64,000 nt of DNA, from assembly GCA_977020255.1 (NCBI GenBank), contig CDROCS010001089.1, forward strand, positions 1-64,000. The letters are read 5' to 3'. Made by a program: the position numbers and the translations under genes. The notes beneath the pieces were generated by a model. It was given only the letters and a program-made list of their open reading frames with translations. It ran no database searches and was not told where the DNA came from. The stretch comes from Obrimoposthia wandeli (lineage: Eukaryota). Of this stretch, positions 1-10,976 are shown in pieces; the first letter of the stretch is position 1, and each line of letters begins with the position of its first letter.

Positions 1-65
1 TTTGAATTTGGTATCCGAGTAATACGACACCCGCGAGCACCCCCAACGCTATATTTAAGCAAAGC

Positions 66-884
66 TTGGCTAAAAATGGCGATGTAAGTGTGAACAATGC
101 ACCGCTGGTGATTTTATCTCACGGATATGGGGGTTGGATGGGCAGTCATGCAGACACAGCGCTGGCACTGGCAGAGCAAGGCTTTGTCGTTGCTGCTCCA
201 TCCCATACCGGTAATACCTATAAAGATATGAGTTCATCTATCGATCAGTGGCTAATTGAGCGCCCTAAAAACGTCAGTACTATTATTGATTACTTGAACA
301 AAGATTGGAGTCACCGCTATATACTTAAAAATAACAAGGTAGGTGTTTTTGGATTTTCGGCAGGCGGACAAACGGTCTTATCACTCATTGGTGCTATCCC
401 TAATTTCGCGATCGCAAAAGCTCATTGTGAATCTAATCCAACAGAATTTGTCTGTGCACAGGGAATGATTAACGCAATACTAAAGGCTGAAATGGATAAG
501 CTACCAAGCACTGCATGGGGTAGCGATTCTAGAATTCGCGCCGCCGTCATTGCAGCACCTGGGCTAGGTATAGCTTATAACAAACAAGCTTTAAACAATG
601 TTGAGGTGCCCGTTCAACTCTGGTCCGGGCTGCTCGATGATCGAGTACCTCATCAAAGCAATGCAAAGCCTATTTCAGATGCGTTAGGCAACATATCTGA
701 AAACAATTGGGTTAAAAATGCAGGTCACTTCTCATTTATGGTGCAGTCATGTACGCAAGAACTCAAGAAGTATGAACCAAAAACTTGGGCGTTTTTATGT
801 GTTGATAAAGAAGGATTTGATCGACAAAAATTTCATACCCTAATGAACGCAAAGATAGCACGTTTTTTCAAAACTCACTTATAA
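66..884 (+). CDS. Alpha/beta hydrolase (dienelactone hydrolase/PAF-AH-like); 5' end uncertain
   Basis: PLVILSHGYGG, GFSAGG nucleophile elbow, DDRVP and AGHFSF motifs. The frame is open from nt 6 (IWYPS...) and is preceded by an in-frame TGA at 3-5. Confidence 0.8.
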   Translation: MAKNGDVSVNNAPLVILSHGYGGWMGSHADTALALAEQGFVVAAPSHTGNTYKDMSSSIDQWLIERPKNVSTIIDYLNKDWSHRYILKNNKVGVFGFSAGGQTVLSLIGAIPNFAIAKAHCESNPTEFVCAQGMINAILKAEMDKLPSTAWGSDSRIRAAVIAAPGLGIAYNKQALNNVEVPVQLWSGLLDDRVPHQSNAKPISDALGNISENNWVKNAGHFSFMVQSCTQELKKYEPKTWAFLCVDKEGFDRQKFHTLMNAKIARFFKTHL

Positions 885-976
885 TTACGCGGTACTAGGT
901 TTAGCAACTATGTGAAAACATGCAAAGCAGATAGTATCCATTAACTGGGCAAGCTTTTCAAAACAAGCCACAACCG

Positions 977-1396
977 CTACCTTCGAATACGCTCTTCTAA
1001 TACAGTATGAGTAATGATGCGAATCAGTTGAGGCAACTGCTCAAGGCGGTTCCTCAAACTGTTTAATTCTGCTATTCCCTCTGCTTCTGCAAATATCATC
1101 ATATCCACTTCGCCGGCGGTGCTATGACAGCTTTTAATCTCCCGATAAGGGCGTATTAGAGTTTCGATCTCATCGCAACAACTCTGCTCAAAGGACAATT
1201 GAAAATAAGCGGCAACCTTACTATCTGCTGGTTTCAGCTCTGCCCGGTACCCCAAGATAAGTTGTTGATCTTCCATCTTGTGGATACGTTCCGAGATAGC
1301 ACTGCGCGATAGCCCCACTGTTCGTGCAATTTGCGCATTAGACTGGCGAGCGTTCCCACTGAGGCAGGCTAAAATTTTCTGATCAAACTTATCCAT
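977..1396 (-). CDS. Lrp/AsnC family transcriptional regulator
   Basis: MDKFDQKILACLSGNARQS..IARTVGLSRSAISERI HTH; C-terminal RAM domain (TAGEVDMMI). Confidence 0.9.
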   Translation of the reverse strand: MDKFDQKILACLSGNARQSNAQIARTVGLSRSAISERIHKMEDQQLILGYRAELKPADSKVAAYFQLSFEQSCCDEIETLIRPYREIKSCHSTAGEVDMMIFAEAEGIAELNSLRNRLEQLPQLIRIITHTVLEERIRR

Positions 1397-1647
1397 ATAT
1401 CCACTTAATATTTAAAGACTATTCAATAGCGGGAAATAGCTACTATACCACTTCGTTACTTTATCACAGCAGTCAGATTATCTAATTGCAATGCGATGGC
1501 GTAAACAGCGATTCGGTGGTTAATGATGGCGGGTTGTCTATCTCTATTTTTACTTAGCCGCGTTATGCTATTTGTGAAAGCCCAGATAAAACTCTACGCT
1601 CATACCCAACCATCACTTAAACAACCTTTAATTTGGAATATAATGAC

Positions 1648-2428
1648 ATGAAAATCACTTACATTGAATCACCTGTCGGACTGCTGCAAGACAGCGCACA
1701 GTGGTTAAAACTGCAAGAGCAGATAGTTTCACAAAAGCCTGAAGTACTTGTTACCAATGAAATGCCTTTTGGAAACTGGCTAGCGGTCAATAATAACTTT
1801 AATGTTGCAGACGCTGGCGCCTCAATATCAGCGCATGATGACGGTATTGAGGCATTAAAGAAGCTTGATATTCCGCTTATTCTTTCCTCTCGCCCTGTTG
1901 CTGCTGCAGGAAAATTAGCAAATGAAGCATTTGCGCTAATAAAAGGTGAATATCGATTTGCACACCACAAACACTACTTTCCTGAGGAAGCTGGTTTCTG
2001 CAGCAGAACGCATTGGTCTCTAATACCTGTAGGGAATGTGTTTTGATCTCATAAAAACTAATCAATTAGCAGTGGGCTTTCTGTTATGTACCGAGTTAAT
2101 GTTCAATGAATGGGCAAGGTCTTATCGACGCCAAGGCGCTCATCTACTTGTTATCCCAAGAGCTTCTGAGCAAGGCTACGAACGCTGGAAAACGGCAGCA
2201 GCGATGGCCGCCATTGTTTCTGGTTGTTACGTGGTTAGCTCTAACCGTGTCGGAAAGGTTAATGATGAATTAACGTTTGGAGGCAAAGGATTCGCTTTTG
2301 CACCCGATGGCACACTTATCTCAGAAACCTCGTCCGAAAAGCCAGTGGTTTCATTCGATTTAGATTTAGATGTTGTTACCAAGCAGCAAAAAAATTACCC
2401 CTGTTATGTACCTGAAGTAGAAATTTAA
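1648..2428 (+). pseudogene. Carbon-nitrogen hydrolase (nitrilase family), split by a frameshift
   Basis: Catalytic E (NEMPF) and K (HHKHY) lie in frame 1 (1648-2046); C (LCTELMF) and SSNRVG lie in frame 2 (2036-2428). The frame changes across 1999-2041. Confidence 0.75.
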
Positions 2429-2584
2429 AAAATCACCTTGTTTCAACGTGCTGGTAGGGCCTTCAAGTCTTCGCATGTGACATAAAGCGTCAGCAGTGTC
2501 ATATGCTCTCTGCTAATCACAAAAAGCTAAGCCCTTTTACTAGCGTTTAGCTTGCAAAAAAACAGCTTATATCACAGCTATATA

Positions 2585-4306
2585 CTAAGTTTTTAATTGC
2601 CCTACATATTCTCTCAATCCGCGAATTTTATCGCTAATATCTTTACTTACTTCTGCTGTTCCACGGGTACTTTGTATCGTGTCAGTAGACTTTTCAGTAA
2701 TGCCCTGTAAGTTGAGATCGATTTCGTGTGCAGCCCCAGCTTGCTGCTCTGAAGCGGCTGCAATTTGTGTATTCAACGCAGATATTTCTAATACTGCTTC
2801 AGTCGCTTCGTTAAGCATGTTAGCCGTTAACAGCGCTTTTTCCATACAGCTAGCTGCATTTCCTTGGCTCTGCTCCATTGTTGCAACAGCTTTTGCGACT
2901 TCCTGCTGTAAATTTTGTAATAAATCTTGGATATCTTGCGTCGAGGTTTGGGTGCGCTGTGCCAGCGCGCGCACTTCATCGGCTACCACGGCAAATCCTC
3001 GCCCCGAGTCGCCAGCACGTGCCGCTTCAATCGCTGCGTTCAGTGCCAGCAAGTTGGTTTGTTCTGCTATGCCTCTAATACCATTTAAGACCACACCAAT
3101 ACGATCAGTTTCATTCGCTAATGACTCTACTTCAACGGCTGCTGAACTCACATTGGTGCTTAAACTCTCAATGATAGCTTTACTTTGTTGCGCAGCGTCC
3201 ATACTTGAAGTGACTTGATCTTGAATTTGACTACCCAGTTCAGCGGCGCGTACCGTTGATTGTGATACTTCTTGTATCGACTCAGCCATTTCTGAAACAG
3301 CGCCTGCCACACTTTGTGTTTGCTCTTGCTGTTGCTCAATATTAATGAGAGCAATATCCATCATATCTATTGCTTTGCTTGACTGCTTATCTAAATCATT
3401 TGAAGTCGATGTTATGTGCACTATCATCGTGCGTAGCTTACTCATTAATTCATTAAATGCAGCCGCTGCCTCGCCTACTTCATCTTTTGATTGCACTAAC
3501 TTCACGTTTAAGTTGGCATCAACGCCAACTAAAGCAACTAAGCTGTCTCGCAAATTGTTTACAGGTGTAACAATTGCTTTAGCAATTACAAAAGACATAA
3601 TAATTGAGAATAGTGCGGTTACGGCAAAGATAATGAGAATAAGTTTTTGACCATAGATTTCGTCTTCCTCTGCTTGCATAGTCGCATCTAAGGTAAATTG
3701 CTGTACGTGCGCAAGTGCCTCTATTAATTCGTGATCAATCTTATGCTCTAGTTCAGATATTAGGCTGGCTTCATCAATCAGAGCTGTTGAGCTTAAATTA
3801 TTATCGTTTATTAAAAGAGCATAGGCGCGGCTATCGAACTCTATATGCTCTTTTTCGACTTTTTTGATAGTCGCTAGCAGGCTAGTAAATTCTGTTTTAC
3901 CGGCAGCAGTATGAGAATGCTCAATTGCATGTGCTATTTTTTCTTCTACTAGCTCAATTAGATGCTCTGTCTCTTTCGCAAGTTTAGCGAACTCTTCCAA
4001 TACTTCACTAATGTCGCGTTGTTTAGCTAATTCTTCACTCAGTATTATACCAATTCCGCCCTCAAAAATAGCAGCTTGCTCTAACTGGTTAATGGTGATT
4101 TGCGTTAATGCATTGGTAATAGGAATATCTTCTTCTGCAACATCTATCAGCTCTACACCTATTTTTTGCATTTGAAACAATGACACTGCGCCTAATAGTA
4201 AAATACTGGCAAGCATCAATGCCGCAAAAATGTATATCTTGGTCGCTATTTTCATATTAGATAACACTGATAAACACCTATTTTTAATATGGTTTTTATG
4301 AATCAA
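2585..4306 (-). CDS. Methyl-accepting chemotaxis protein
   Basis: Two TM segments, helical periplasmic domain, HAMP, and signalling hairpin [34 protein letters not shown]. The real start may be the ATG at 4255. Confidence 0.95.
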   Translation of the reverse strand: MIHKNHIKNRCLSVLSNMKIATKIYIFAALMLASILLLGAVSLFQMQKIGVELIDVAEEDIPITNALTQITINQLEQAAIFEGGIGIILSEELAKQRDISEVLEEFAKLAKETEHLIELVEEKIAHAIEHSHTAAGKTEFTSLLATIKKVEKEHIEFDSRAYALLINDNNLSSTALIDEASLISELEHKIDHELIEALAHVQQFTLDATMQAEEDEIYGQKLILIIFAVTALFSIIMSFVIAKAIVTPVNNLRDSLVALVGVDANLNVKLVQSKDEVGEAAAAFNELMSKLRTMIVHITSTSNDLDKQSSKAIDMMDIALINIEQQQEQTQSVAGAVSEMAESIQEVSQSTVRAAELGSQIQDQVTSSMDAAQQSKAIIESLSTNVSSAAVEVESLANETDRIGVVLNGIRGIAEQTNLLALNAAIEAARAGDSGRGFAVVADEVRALAQRTQTSTQDIQDLLQNLQQEVAKAVATMEQSQGNAASCMEKALLTANMLNEATEAVLEISALNTQIAAASEQQAGAAHEIDLNLQGITEKSTDTIQSTRGTAEVSKDISDKIRGLREYVGQLKT

Positions 4307-4488
4307 TAATGAATATCTTACACTGTCAAGAATTCAGATTGAAGTACAAAACTGTAATTATTGTCAAACATAATTTGCAGTGTTAATTTTTACCCAATTT
4401 CATTAATTGCTACTAAGTGCAAAGATTTCAATATGCTTATATATTTGATATTGATCACCTTTTTAGGTATTACTTTATTAAATACTGA

Positions 4489-4586
4489 GACTTAGACTCA
4501 GACTTAGACTTAGACTTAGACTTAGACTTAGACTTAGACTTAGACTTAGACTTAGACTTAGACTTAGACTTAGACTTAGACTTAGA
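4489..4586. repeat. Hexanucleotide tandem repeat (GACTTA)n, 16 units plus GA
   Basis: GACTTA, GACTCA, then 14 perfect GACTTA (4501-4584), counted directly. Confidence 0.98.
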
Positions 4587-4710
4587 AGAGTGTAGAAATA
4601 ACACCGCTAAAAAATAACCACTTCATGTTATTTTTTGCACTTAGCTAGCCTATCAATCAATGCATAATAAATCTTTTAAAAATAAACATCCTATTTATAA
4701 CCGGCTTTTT

Positions 4711-6726
4711 TCATAAATCATCGAACATATTGCGCAAACTATTTAACGTTGCTCTGCCGCGCGCTTGATTCACTTTTGGATCTTTTTCTCCGTTACCTTC
4801 TATTTGCAATGAATCTTGCGGCAGCTCCTCTAAAAAGCGACTGGGCGAGCAATCCAATACTTCACCAAACTGCTTGCGTTGCCTTGCCAGCGTCATGGTT
4901 AAAGTCACTTTGGCGCGAGTGATACCCACATACATCAAGCGGCGCTCTTCTTCGATATCACCGTTTTCGATACTATTGCGGTGCGGTAATATTTCCTCTT
5001 CCATGCCGATCAGAAAGACATGCGCGAACTCTAAGCCTTTAGAGGCATGCAAAGTCATTAGCTGCACTTTATTTTCATCTTCCTCTTGTTCTTGCCGATC
5101 CATTAAATCAATTAGTATCAATCGGTTAATAGCCTCCTCTACCCCTGATTCAGGTTCTTCTTCCTGTAAACGCTCCATGGTATTGCGAATAGAATCTACT
5201 AAATAATACACATTTTGCATGCGCTTTTGCGCGGTGGCATCACTGGCACTGTTTTGATGAATCCAACCTTCGTAATCAATATCAAAAATCAGTTCGCGAA
5301 TTGCTTGGATAGGATCTTCTTGCATGCATTGTTGATACTTTCTGGCTAGCCAAGCGGTGAATTTGCGCAGCTTTTCAACTTGGGCAGGTTTCAGTACTTG
5401 CTCTAAACCCAGTTCATTACAGGCGTCAAACATACTAATTTCGCGCTGCGATGCATATTCGCCTAAGCCTCTTAAAGTACTTGGGCCTATTTCTCTTCTG
5501 GGTAAATTTATGACGCGTAAAAAAGCATTATCGTCATCGGTATTTATTAATACTTTGAGATAGCACATCAAATCTTTAATTTCAGCACGGGCAAAAAATG
5601 AAGTACCACCCGATAACTTATACGGCACTTGGAACGCTTGTAATTTAAGTTCCAGCAGCCGTGCTTGGTGGTTACCTCGATAAAGCACTGCAAAGTGCTT
5701 AAAATCTATTTTGCTACGTAAGTGACGATCAAGTATTTCATTGGCGACTCTTTCACATTCTGCGTCCTCGTTACGCGTATGGATAATGCGTATTGGATCT
5801 CCCGGCGCCATGTCCGACCACAATGTTTTTGTTAACTCGTGCGGGTTATTGGCAATAACCACGTTCGCAGCATTTAGAATCAAACGCGTTGATCGATAAT
5901 TTTGCTCAAGCTTTATCAGCTTTAAGCTTGGGTAATCTTGCTTAAGTAAGTTTAAATTTTCTGGTCGCGCTCCACGCCAAGAATAAATCGATTGATCATC
6001 ATCTCCTACAACCGTTAAAGCACCCCGACTACCCACTATTTGCTTAACCAGCTTATACTGGCTCATATTGGTATCTTGATACTCATCTACTAACAGGTAG
6101 CGTATTTTGTTTTGCCATTTTTCTAAGATTTGTGGATGGTTGCTAAACAACTTTACCGGTGTCCAGATTAAATCATCGAAATCAACCGCGTTATACGCTA
6201 GTAAAGTGCTTTGGTAGAGTTCGTAAGCTCTTGCAGCAAGCACATCATCAGGCCCTGCTGCTGTGTTTAGAGCCTCTTGGGGCTCGATCATTTCGTTTTT
6301 CCAGTACGATATTTTATTGCGCACCATATCAACACTATCTGAATCTTCATCGTTGTTTAACAGCAAATCTTTGATCAATGAGCGTGAATCAGTATCATCG
6401 AAAATAGAAAAAGTAGATTTTAGCTTTAGCGTTTTATGCTCCTTACGTATGATGTTCATACCTAAGTTATGGAAAGTCGAAACCGTTAACCCCCGCCCTT
6501 GGCCATTAGGCAAAATCCCCATGACGCGCTCTTTCATTTCCCGAGCAGATTTATTAGTGAAGGTTAGCGCTGCAATATGACGCGCTTCAATACCACAACT
6601 ATTCACTAAGTAAGCTATTTTGCGCGTGATAACACTGGTTTTCCCAGAGCCTGCACCTGCCAAAACCAGCATAGGACCACTAATATAATTGACGGCATCA
6701 CGCTGCCTCGGGTTTAACTTATTCAT
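4711..6726 (-). CDS. rep: ATP-dependent DNA helicase Rep
   Basis: MNKLNPRQ..LVLAGAGSGKT, VDEYQDTN, LEQNYRS, MTLHASKGLEF, EERRLMYVGITRA; 671 aa with the Rep-type C-terminus. Confidence 0.93.
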   Translation of the reverse strand: MNKLNPRQRDAVNYISGPMLVLAGAGSGKTSVITRKIAYLVNSCGIEARHIAALTFTNKSAREMKERVMGILPNGQGRGLTVSTFHNLGMNIIRKEHKTLKLKSTFSIFDDTDSRSLIKDLLLNNDEDSDSVDMVRNKISYWKNEMIEPQEALNTAAGPDDVLAARAYELYQSTLLAYNAVDFDDLIWTPVKLFSNHPQILEKWQNKIRYLLVDEYQDTNMSQYKLVKQIVGSRGALTVVGDDDQSIYSWRGARPENLNLLKQDYPSLKLIKLEQNYRSTRLILNAANVVIANNPHELTKTLWSDMAPGDPIRIIHTRNEDAECERVANEILDRHLRSKIDFKHFAVLYRGNHQARLLELKLQAFQVPYKLSGGTSFFARAEIKDLMCYLKVLINTDDDNAFLRVINLPRREIGPSTLRGLGEYASQREISMFDACNELGLEQVLKPAQVEKLRKFTAWLARKYQQCMQEDPIQAIRELIFDIDYEGWIHQNSASDATAQKRMQNVYYLVDSIRNTMERLQEEEPESGVEEAINRLILIDLMDRQEQEEDENKVQLMTLHASKGLEFAHVFLIGMEEEILPHRNSIENGDIEEERRLMYVGITRAKVTLTMTLARQRKQFGEVLDCSPSRFLEELPQDSLQIEGNGEKDPKVNQARGRATLNSLRNMFDDL

Positions 6727-7015
6727 GGTTTTTAACCGCTACCTTTAATTTTACGTTCGCAGATGAATCGCAAAGAACTTGTTGACGCTTAACTGAGCAT
6801 CACCACAAAAAGCAGGAAATGGGGCTAAAGCCTGATTTCTGACAGCAAATTAGTGTGAATCCTTACAGGCTCAAGCATCCAAATATGACTGCGCATTATG
6901 CCACAACCACTATTTTAATAGTTTGCTTTTATAAATTTATCCTCGAGTTCTTTAAAGTGCATGCGAATTTGGAATATAATGCGCACTTTGCTCAGTTCAC
7001 TTTAAGGTATTACTT

Positions 7016-9088
7016 GTGCTGCATTCCACTAGTGCTAATTCCGCTCCTGCTTCATCGCCAACTTTACTGAAAGATCCTATTAAGCTGCAATTAAAAATTT
7101 GCGCCTTTTACCTGCTATTTTCATTAGTCGTACTGTCGGTTACCCGTAGTTTTATTCTTACTTTTTTGGTGGACTGGCAAGATTCCAGCACAGAGGATTT
7201 AATCTATTTGCTAATAACGGGATTGCGTTTTGATTTGAAAATATCCGCGGTTGCATTAATCATATTTGCGTTGCTACCTATGCTAGTCATGAGCTTATTT
7301 AATGGTTGGAGCTGGCTGCACAAAATCACCCGCTTCAATCTAGCCAGTTTCTTTTTTATTAGCGCATTTTTTAGCTTTTTAGATATTGGCTTCTATTTTT
7401 TCTTTGGCACCGCTATTAGCAACCTAATATTTGGCTTCGTCGATGATGGGCCTTACGCTGTACTACTGAGCATTTTTAGTGATTGGCGTTTGGATTTATT
7501 AATTCTTAGCGCCGTTATTATTTGTTTTGGCTCAGTGAAACTTTTTTATAAGGTTACTGCTACCAGCATTACTTCTAAAAATCATAGTGCTACCAAAGCT
7601 AATTTAAATAAAATTACTGTGCTACTACTAACCCTAGTGTTGATTTGCATTTGTGCCCTTTTCGGCAGAGGCACTTTTGATACTTACCCACTGTCTAGGC
7701 GCACCACGGTCATTAACGATAATCCGATTTTTAATTCACTCGCCCTCAATGGCCCCTATCATTTTTACTACGCTTATAAGGATTTAAAAGAAGATCAGTT
7801 TAGTAACTTATCTGCCGCTAAGATATTGCAGCAATCTAAGCTCAGCTCTTTATCCGCGTTAAAAAAAGCCGCTGGATTTAATGAAGCAAACCCTTTGCAG
7901 CAATTTAGTACTGCTAAAGGGCTAGATTTTGTAAAACCCAACGTTATTTTTGTATTAATGGAAGGCTGGTCTAGTCACATTGCACAGCAGCAAAGCGAAG
8001 CTAACCAAATATTGGGAGAGCTTGCCAAACACACTGTCGATGATTATTTTTTCCAGCGGATTTTTTCAGATAAATACGGCACAAACCCAACCATTGAAAG
8101 CTTGTTACTTAATGCCCCGATTGGCCCTGTCACGCAATCTACGGCTAACCAGCACAGCTTTTCTGTGTCTAATGTACTCCCATTTAAACGTCAGAATTAT
8201 AATACGCTATTCCTAAGTGGCGGTAATAGCGCATGGCGCAAGCATGGTCAGTTTTGGCCTCGCCAAGGTTTTGATCAATACATAGGGCGTGCCAGTATTG
8301 AAAAACACTTTAATCAAATTGCCGATAACCCTTGGGGGGCATACGACAGCAGTTTATTCGAGTATTTGCAGCTACAATTACAGGAAAATAATCAGACTAA
8401 AGGTGAAGACAAGCCGTTATTTTCTTTCGTATTAACCACTAATAACCACGCACCGATAAGACTTCCAAAAGATTATAAAGCGCCTCCGCTAGCGCCTGAA
8501 GCCTATGGTTTTGCTGCCGCTGATAGCAAAAAGCATGAATCACTTACCGGTTATCACTTTCAATCGAATGCGCTGGGCGAGTTTATGACTTGGCTCAAGC
8601 AATCCAAGTTTGCCGACAATACAATAGTAATGGCCACTGGAGATCATGTATTAAAGGGATTCGCTAACTATTCGGCCGCTGACCAAACTTACAACCGATA
8701 TGCAGTTGCTACTTATTTATATGTGCCTAGTGCTTATGATCAATTACAAAAATCTGATCAGCTATTAGCGGGATCCCATAAAGATTTATTCCCCACACTA
8801 TTCGAACTGGCCTTAAATAAAGAGCAGTACCTAGCGTTTGGTACTCCTATAATGCTGAAAAAACCATTGACAGCGTTTGGCGTGATTGATCAAGGTGCCG
8901 TTATTTTCAACAATGGCATCAGTGTTGATAACCAACAATTATTCCCTTGGAAAGATGCGAACAGCAGTGCGATTAATGTCCAAAAGCAGCCATTAACAGA
9001 AGCGCAAAAAGGGTTAATACAACAACAGGATTATCGCGAAATATTACAAAAGTATTTGTTGGTAGATGACATCAAAAGTGCCCACTGA
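7016..9088 (+). CDS. LTA synthase family / sulfatase-like membrane protein
   Basis: Five N-terminal TM segments with the GLRFDL motif; PNVIFVLMEGW, TTNNHAP and ATGDH alkaline-phosphatase-superfamily motifs. Confidence 0.85.
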   Translation: MLHSTSANSAPASSPTLLKDPIKLQLKICAFYLLFSLVVLSVTRSFILTFLVDWQDSSTEDLIYLLITGLRFDLKISAVALIIFALLPMLVMSLFNGWSWLHKITRFNLASFFFISAFFSFLDIGFYFFFGTAISNLIFGFVDDGPYAVLLSIFSDWRLDLLILSAVIICFGSVKLFYKVTATSITSKNHSATKANLNKITVLLLTLVLICICALFGRGTFDTYPLSRRTTVINDNPIFNSLALNGPYHFYYAYKDLKEDQFSNLSAAKILQQSKLSSLSALKKAAGFNEANPLQQFSTAKGLDFVKPNVIFVLMEGWSSHIAQQQSEANQILGELAKHTVDDYFFQRIFSDKYGTNPTIESLLLNAPIGPVTQSTANQHSFSVSNVLPFKRQNYNTLFLSGGNSAWRKHGQFWPRQGFDQYIGRASIEKHFNQIADNPWGAYDSSLFEYLQLQLQENNQTKGEDKPLFSFVLTTNNHAPIRLPKDYKAPPLAPEAYGFAAADSKKHESLTGYHFQSNALGEFMTWLKQSKFADNTIVMATGDHVLKGFANYSAADQTYNRYAVATYLYVPSAYDQLQKSDQLLAGSHKDLFPTLFELALNKEQYLAFGTPIMLKKPLTAFGVIDQGAVIFNNGISVDNQQLFPWKDANSSAINVQKQPLTEAQKGLIQQQDYREILQKYLLVDDIKSAH

Positions 9089-9146
9089 AACTGCTCGTTC
9101 ATTGCATCTATCAGTACCAGTTAATAAATCACGCTAATAAGTCACG

Positions 9147-10682
9147 TTAATAACTAGCCGCTATCGATGAACCTTGTCGATAGCTAAGCGCTTCTAACAA
9201 ATGTGTTCGCTCAATTTTCTCGGCTAATGCTAAATCGGCGATCGAGCGACTCACTTTTAAGATACGTGTGCAAGAACGCGCTGACAACTGCATTTTCGTG
9301 GCGGCTGTGGCTAATAATTCACGTAGCTCTATTGAGAGCACACAAACCTTTTGTAGCTGCTCGCCTTCTAGCAAAGCATTTCTACACTGCTGCCTCTGTA
9401 ATTGTCTTTGCACACTTAACGAGACTCTTTTAGCCACTGCTAATGAGCTCTCTTGTGCGCTGTTGTTTTCAATATCTAACAGCTGCAGCGGTGGAATAGG
9501 ATTAACTTGTAAATGTAGATCGATACGGTCTAACAGCGGCCCTGACAACTTACTCTGGTAGCGCTTTATTTGATCTGGAGTACAACGACAACGCCCACTG
9601 CTATCGAGCGCATAACCACAAGGGCAAGGGTTCATGGCGGCGACTAGTTGAAAACGTGCGGGGAAAGTAATTTTTTGAGCCGCGCGCGAAATGTGGATTT
9701 TTCCCGCCTCTAACGGCTCTCTTAATACTTCAAGCACAGCGCGTGGAAACTCGACAACTTCGTCAAGAAATAACACGCCATTATGTGCTAATGAAATTTC
9801 TCCAGGTTGTGGATAACTACCACCGCCCACTAAAGAAACAGCGGATGCAGTATGATGTGGTGACCTAAAAGGGCGTATTCCAGCACACACTTGCGCTGTA
9901 TCTAGCCCTGCAATTGAGTATATAGCCGCCGCTTCTATACACTCTGTTTCACTTAATTTTGGCATTAACCCCGCGAGCCTAGCCGCTAGCATACTTTTCC
10001 CACTACCTGGGCTGCCACTAAAAAGTAAATGGTGACCACCACTGGCTGCTATTTCTAACGCTCTTTTGGCTTGATATTGTCCTTTAACATCGGCTAAATC
10101 TAAACCAACAAAGGCTTGCTTTTGCGCTTGCTGGTCCTCCATGCTATTTAATTTAGTTGCAACCAGAGGCAGCTGCCCTGTTAACAAATGACAAACTTGT
10201 AGCAAGTTTTCAGCACCCGCTATTTCCAACTTAGACACTAATTGAGCCTCATGCACATTTTGCGCACTTAGGCAGAGCTTACGTTGGCTTTTTTCACAGG
10301 CGATAGCCACTGGTAAAACACCCTTAACTTTACGCAAATCTCCAGAAAGCGCCAATTCTCCGATAAATTCCCATTGTGTGAGCTGATCTTCGGGAATTTG
10401 CGCAGAAGCTGCCAAAATCCCCACGGCAATGGCTAAATCATAGCGCCCACCTTCTTTGGGTAAATCAGCAGGGGCTAAATTCACTGTTATACGACTCACG
10501 GGAAAGGTGAAACCAAGATTTAGCAGCGCACTGCGCACTCGCTCTTTGGATTCACGCACCGCTGCTTCAGGTAAGCCCACTAATTGAAATGCCGGCAATC
10601 CACCCGACAAATGCACTTCTACTTCCACTAATGGCGCCGCGATGCCTAATTGCGCCCTTGTATAAACCTTTGCTAGTGACAT
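9147..10682 (-). CDS. comM: YifB/ComM Mg-chelatase-like AAA+ ATPase
   Basis: VGLPEAAVRESKERVRSA, TVNLAPADLPKEGGRYDL, GSPGSGKSM, GEISLAHNGVLFLDE, AAMNPCPCG. Confidence 0.95.
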   Translation of the reverse strand: MSLAKVYTRAQLGIAAPLVEVEVHLSGGLPAFQLVGLPEAAVRESKERVRSALLNLGFTFPVSRITVNLAPADLPKEGGRYDLAIAVGILAASAQIPEDQLTQWEFIGELALSGDLRKVKGVLPVAIACEKSQRKLCLSAQNVHEAQLVSKLEIAGAENLLQVCHLLTGQLPLVATKLNSMEDQQAQKQAFVGLDLADVKGQYQAKRALEIAASGGHHLLFSGSPGSGKSMLAARLAGLMPKLSETECIEAAAIYSIAGLDTAQVCAGIRPFRSPHHTASAVSLVGGGSYPQPGEISLAHNGVLFLDEVVEFPRAVLEVLREPLEAGKIHISRAAQKITFPARFQLVAAMNPCPCGYALDSSGRCRCTPDQIKRYQSKLSGPLLDRIDLHLQVNPIPPLQLLDIENNSAQESSLAVAKRVSLSVQRQLQRQQCRNALLEGEQLQKVCVLSIELRELLATAATKMQLSARSCTRILKVSRSIADLALAEKIERTHLLEALSYRQGSSIAASY

Positions 10683-10976
10683 ATTCCCTCCCTGAAATAA
10701 TGCCTAATCTTTAAAGTATAACCCCAAATTTACCCGTACCGGTGTTTTTAAGGAAGTTGTTGTGTATCGCTCGATGCTACCCAGCAATTAACGCTTAACT
10801 TTTCTGTCTCAAAGTGTATATTTGCCTTAATATTATTTTGAGTATTAACACATTTAAGCAAATTAATTTTTACCGCTCTCATTAATGATTTAGACTGAAT
10901 CTAACTAATTGATAAAAATATAGAAACGACTTGTATTATAGCTTGTGTAAAAACCTGCACCTTTATTGGATTAATT

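Noticed and set aside
3-5. TGA as selenocysteine or readthrough
   Set aside because: No SECIS-like hairpin follows and the position is not catalytic; a 1-bp deletion is simpler.
1540-1570. GCCGCGTTATGC resembling an attC right end, and the GCATAAC/GTTATGC ends of the 210-bp repeat as integron cassettes
   Set aside because: No matching RYYYAAC partner at attC distance for this site, the repeats exceed the usual attC length and face opposite ways, there is no cassette array, and no intI.
2679-3650. Antisense/overlapping ORFs in the track (e.g. 2679-3218, 4874-5206, 16705-17070, 36478-36873, 52992-53342)
   Set aside because: They are shadows of strongly supported genes on the opposite strand, with no motifs or RBS of their own.
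4489-4586. Tandem repeat as a CRISPR array or as eukaryotic telomere-like (TTAGAC) contamination
   Set aside because: The unit is 6 bp with no spacers and no cas genes, and it is embedded in continuous bacterial gene context on both sides.
6790-6860. GGGGCTAAAGCC as a c-di-GMP-I riboswitch
   Set aside because: Lacks the GGCAAAC..GAAA..GGGACGCAAA core and P1 pairing.
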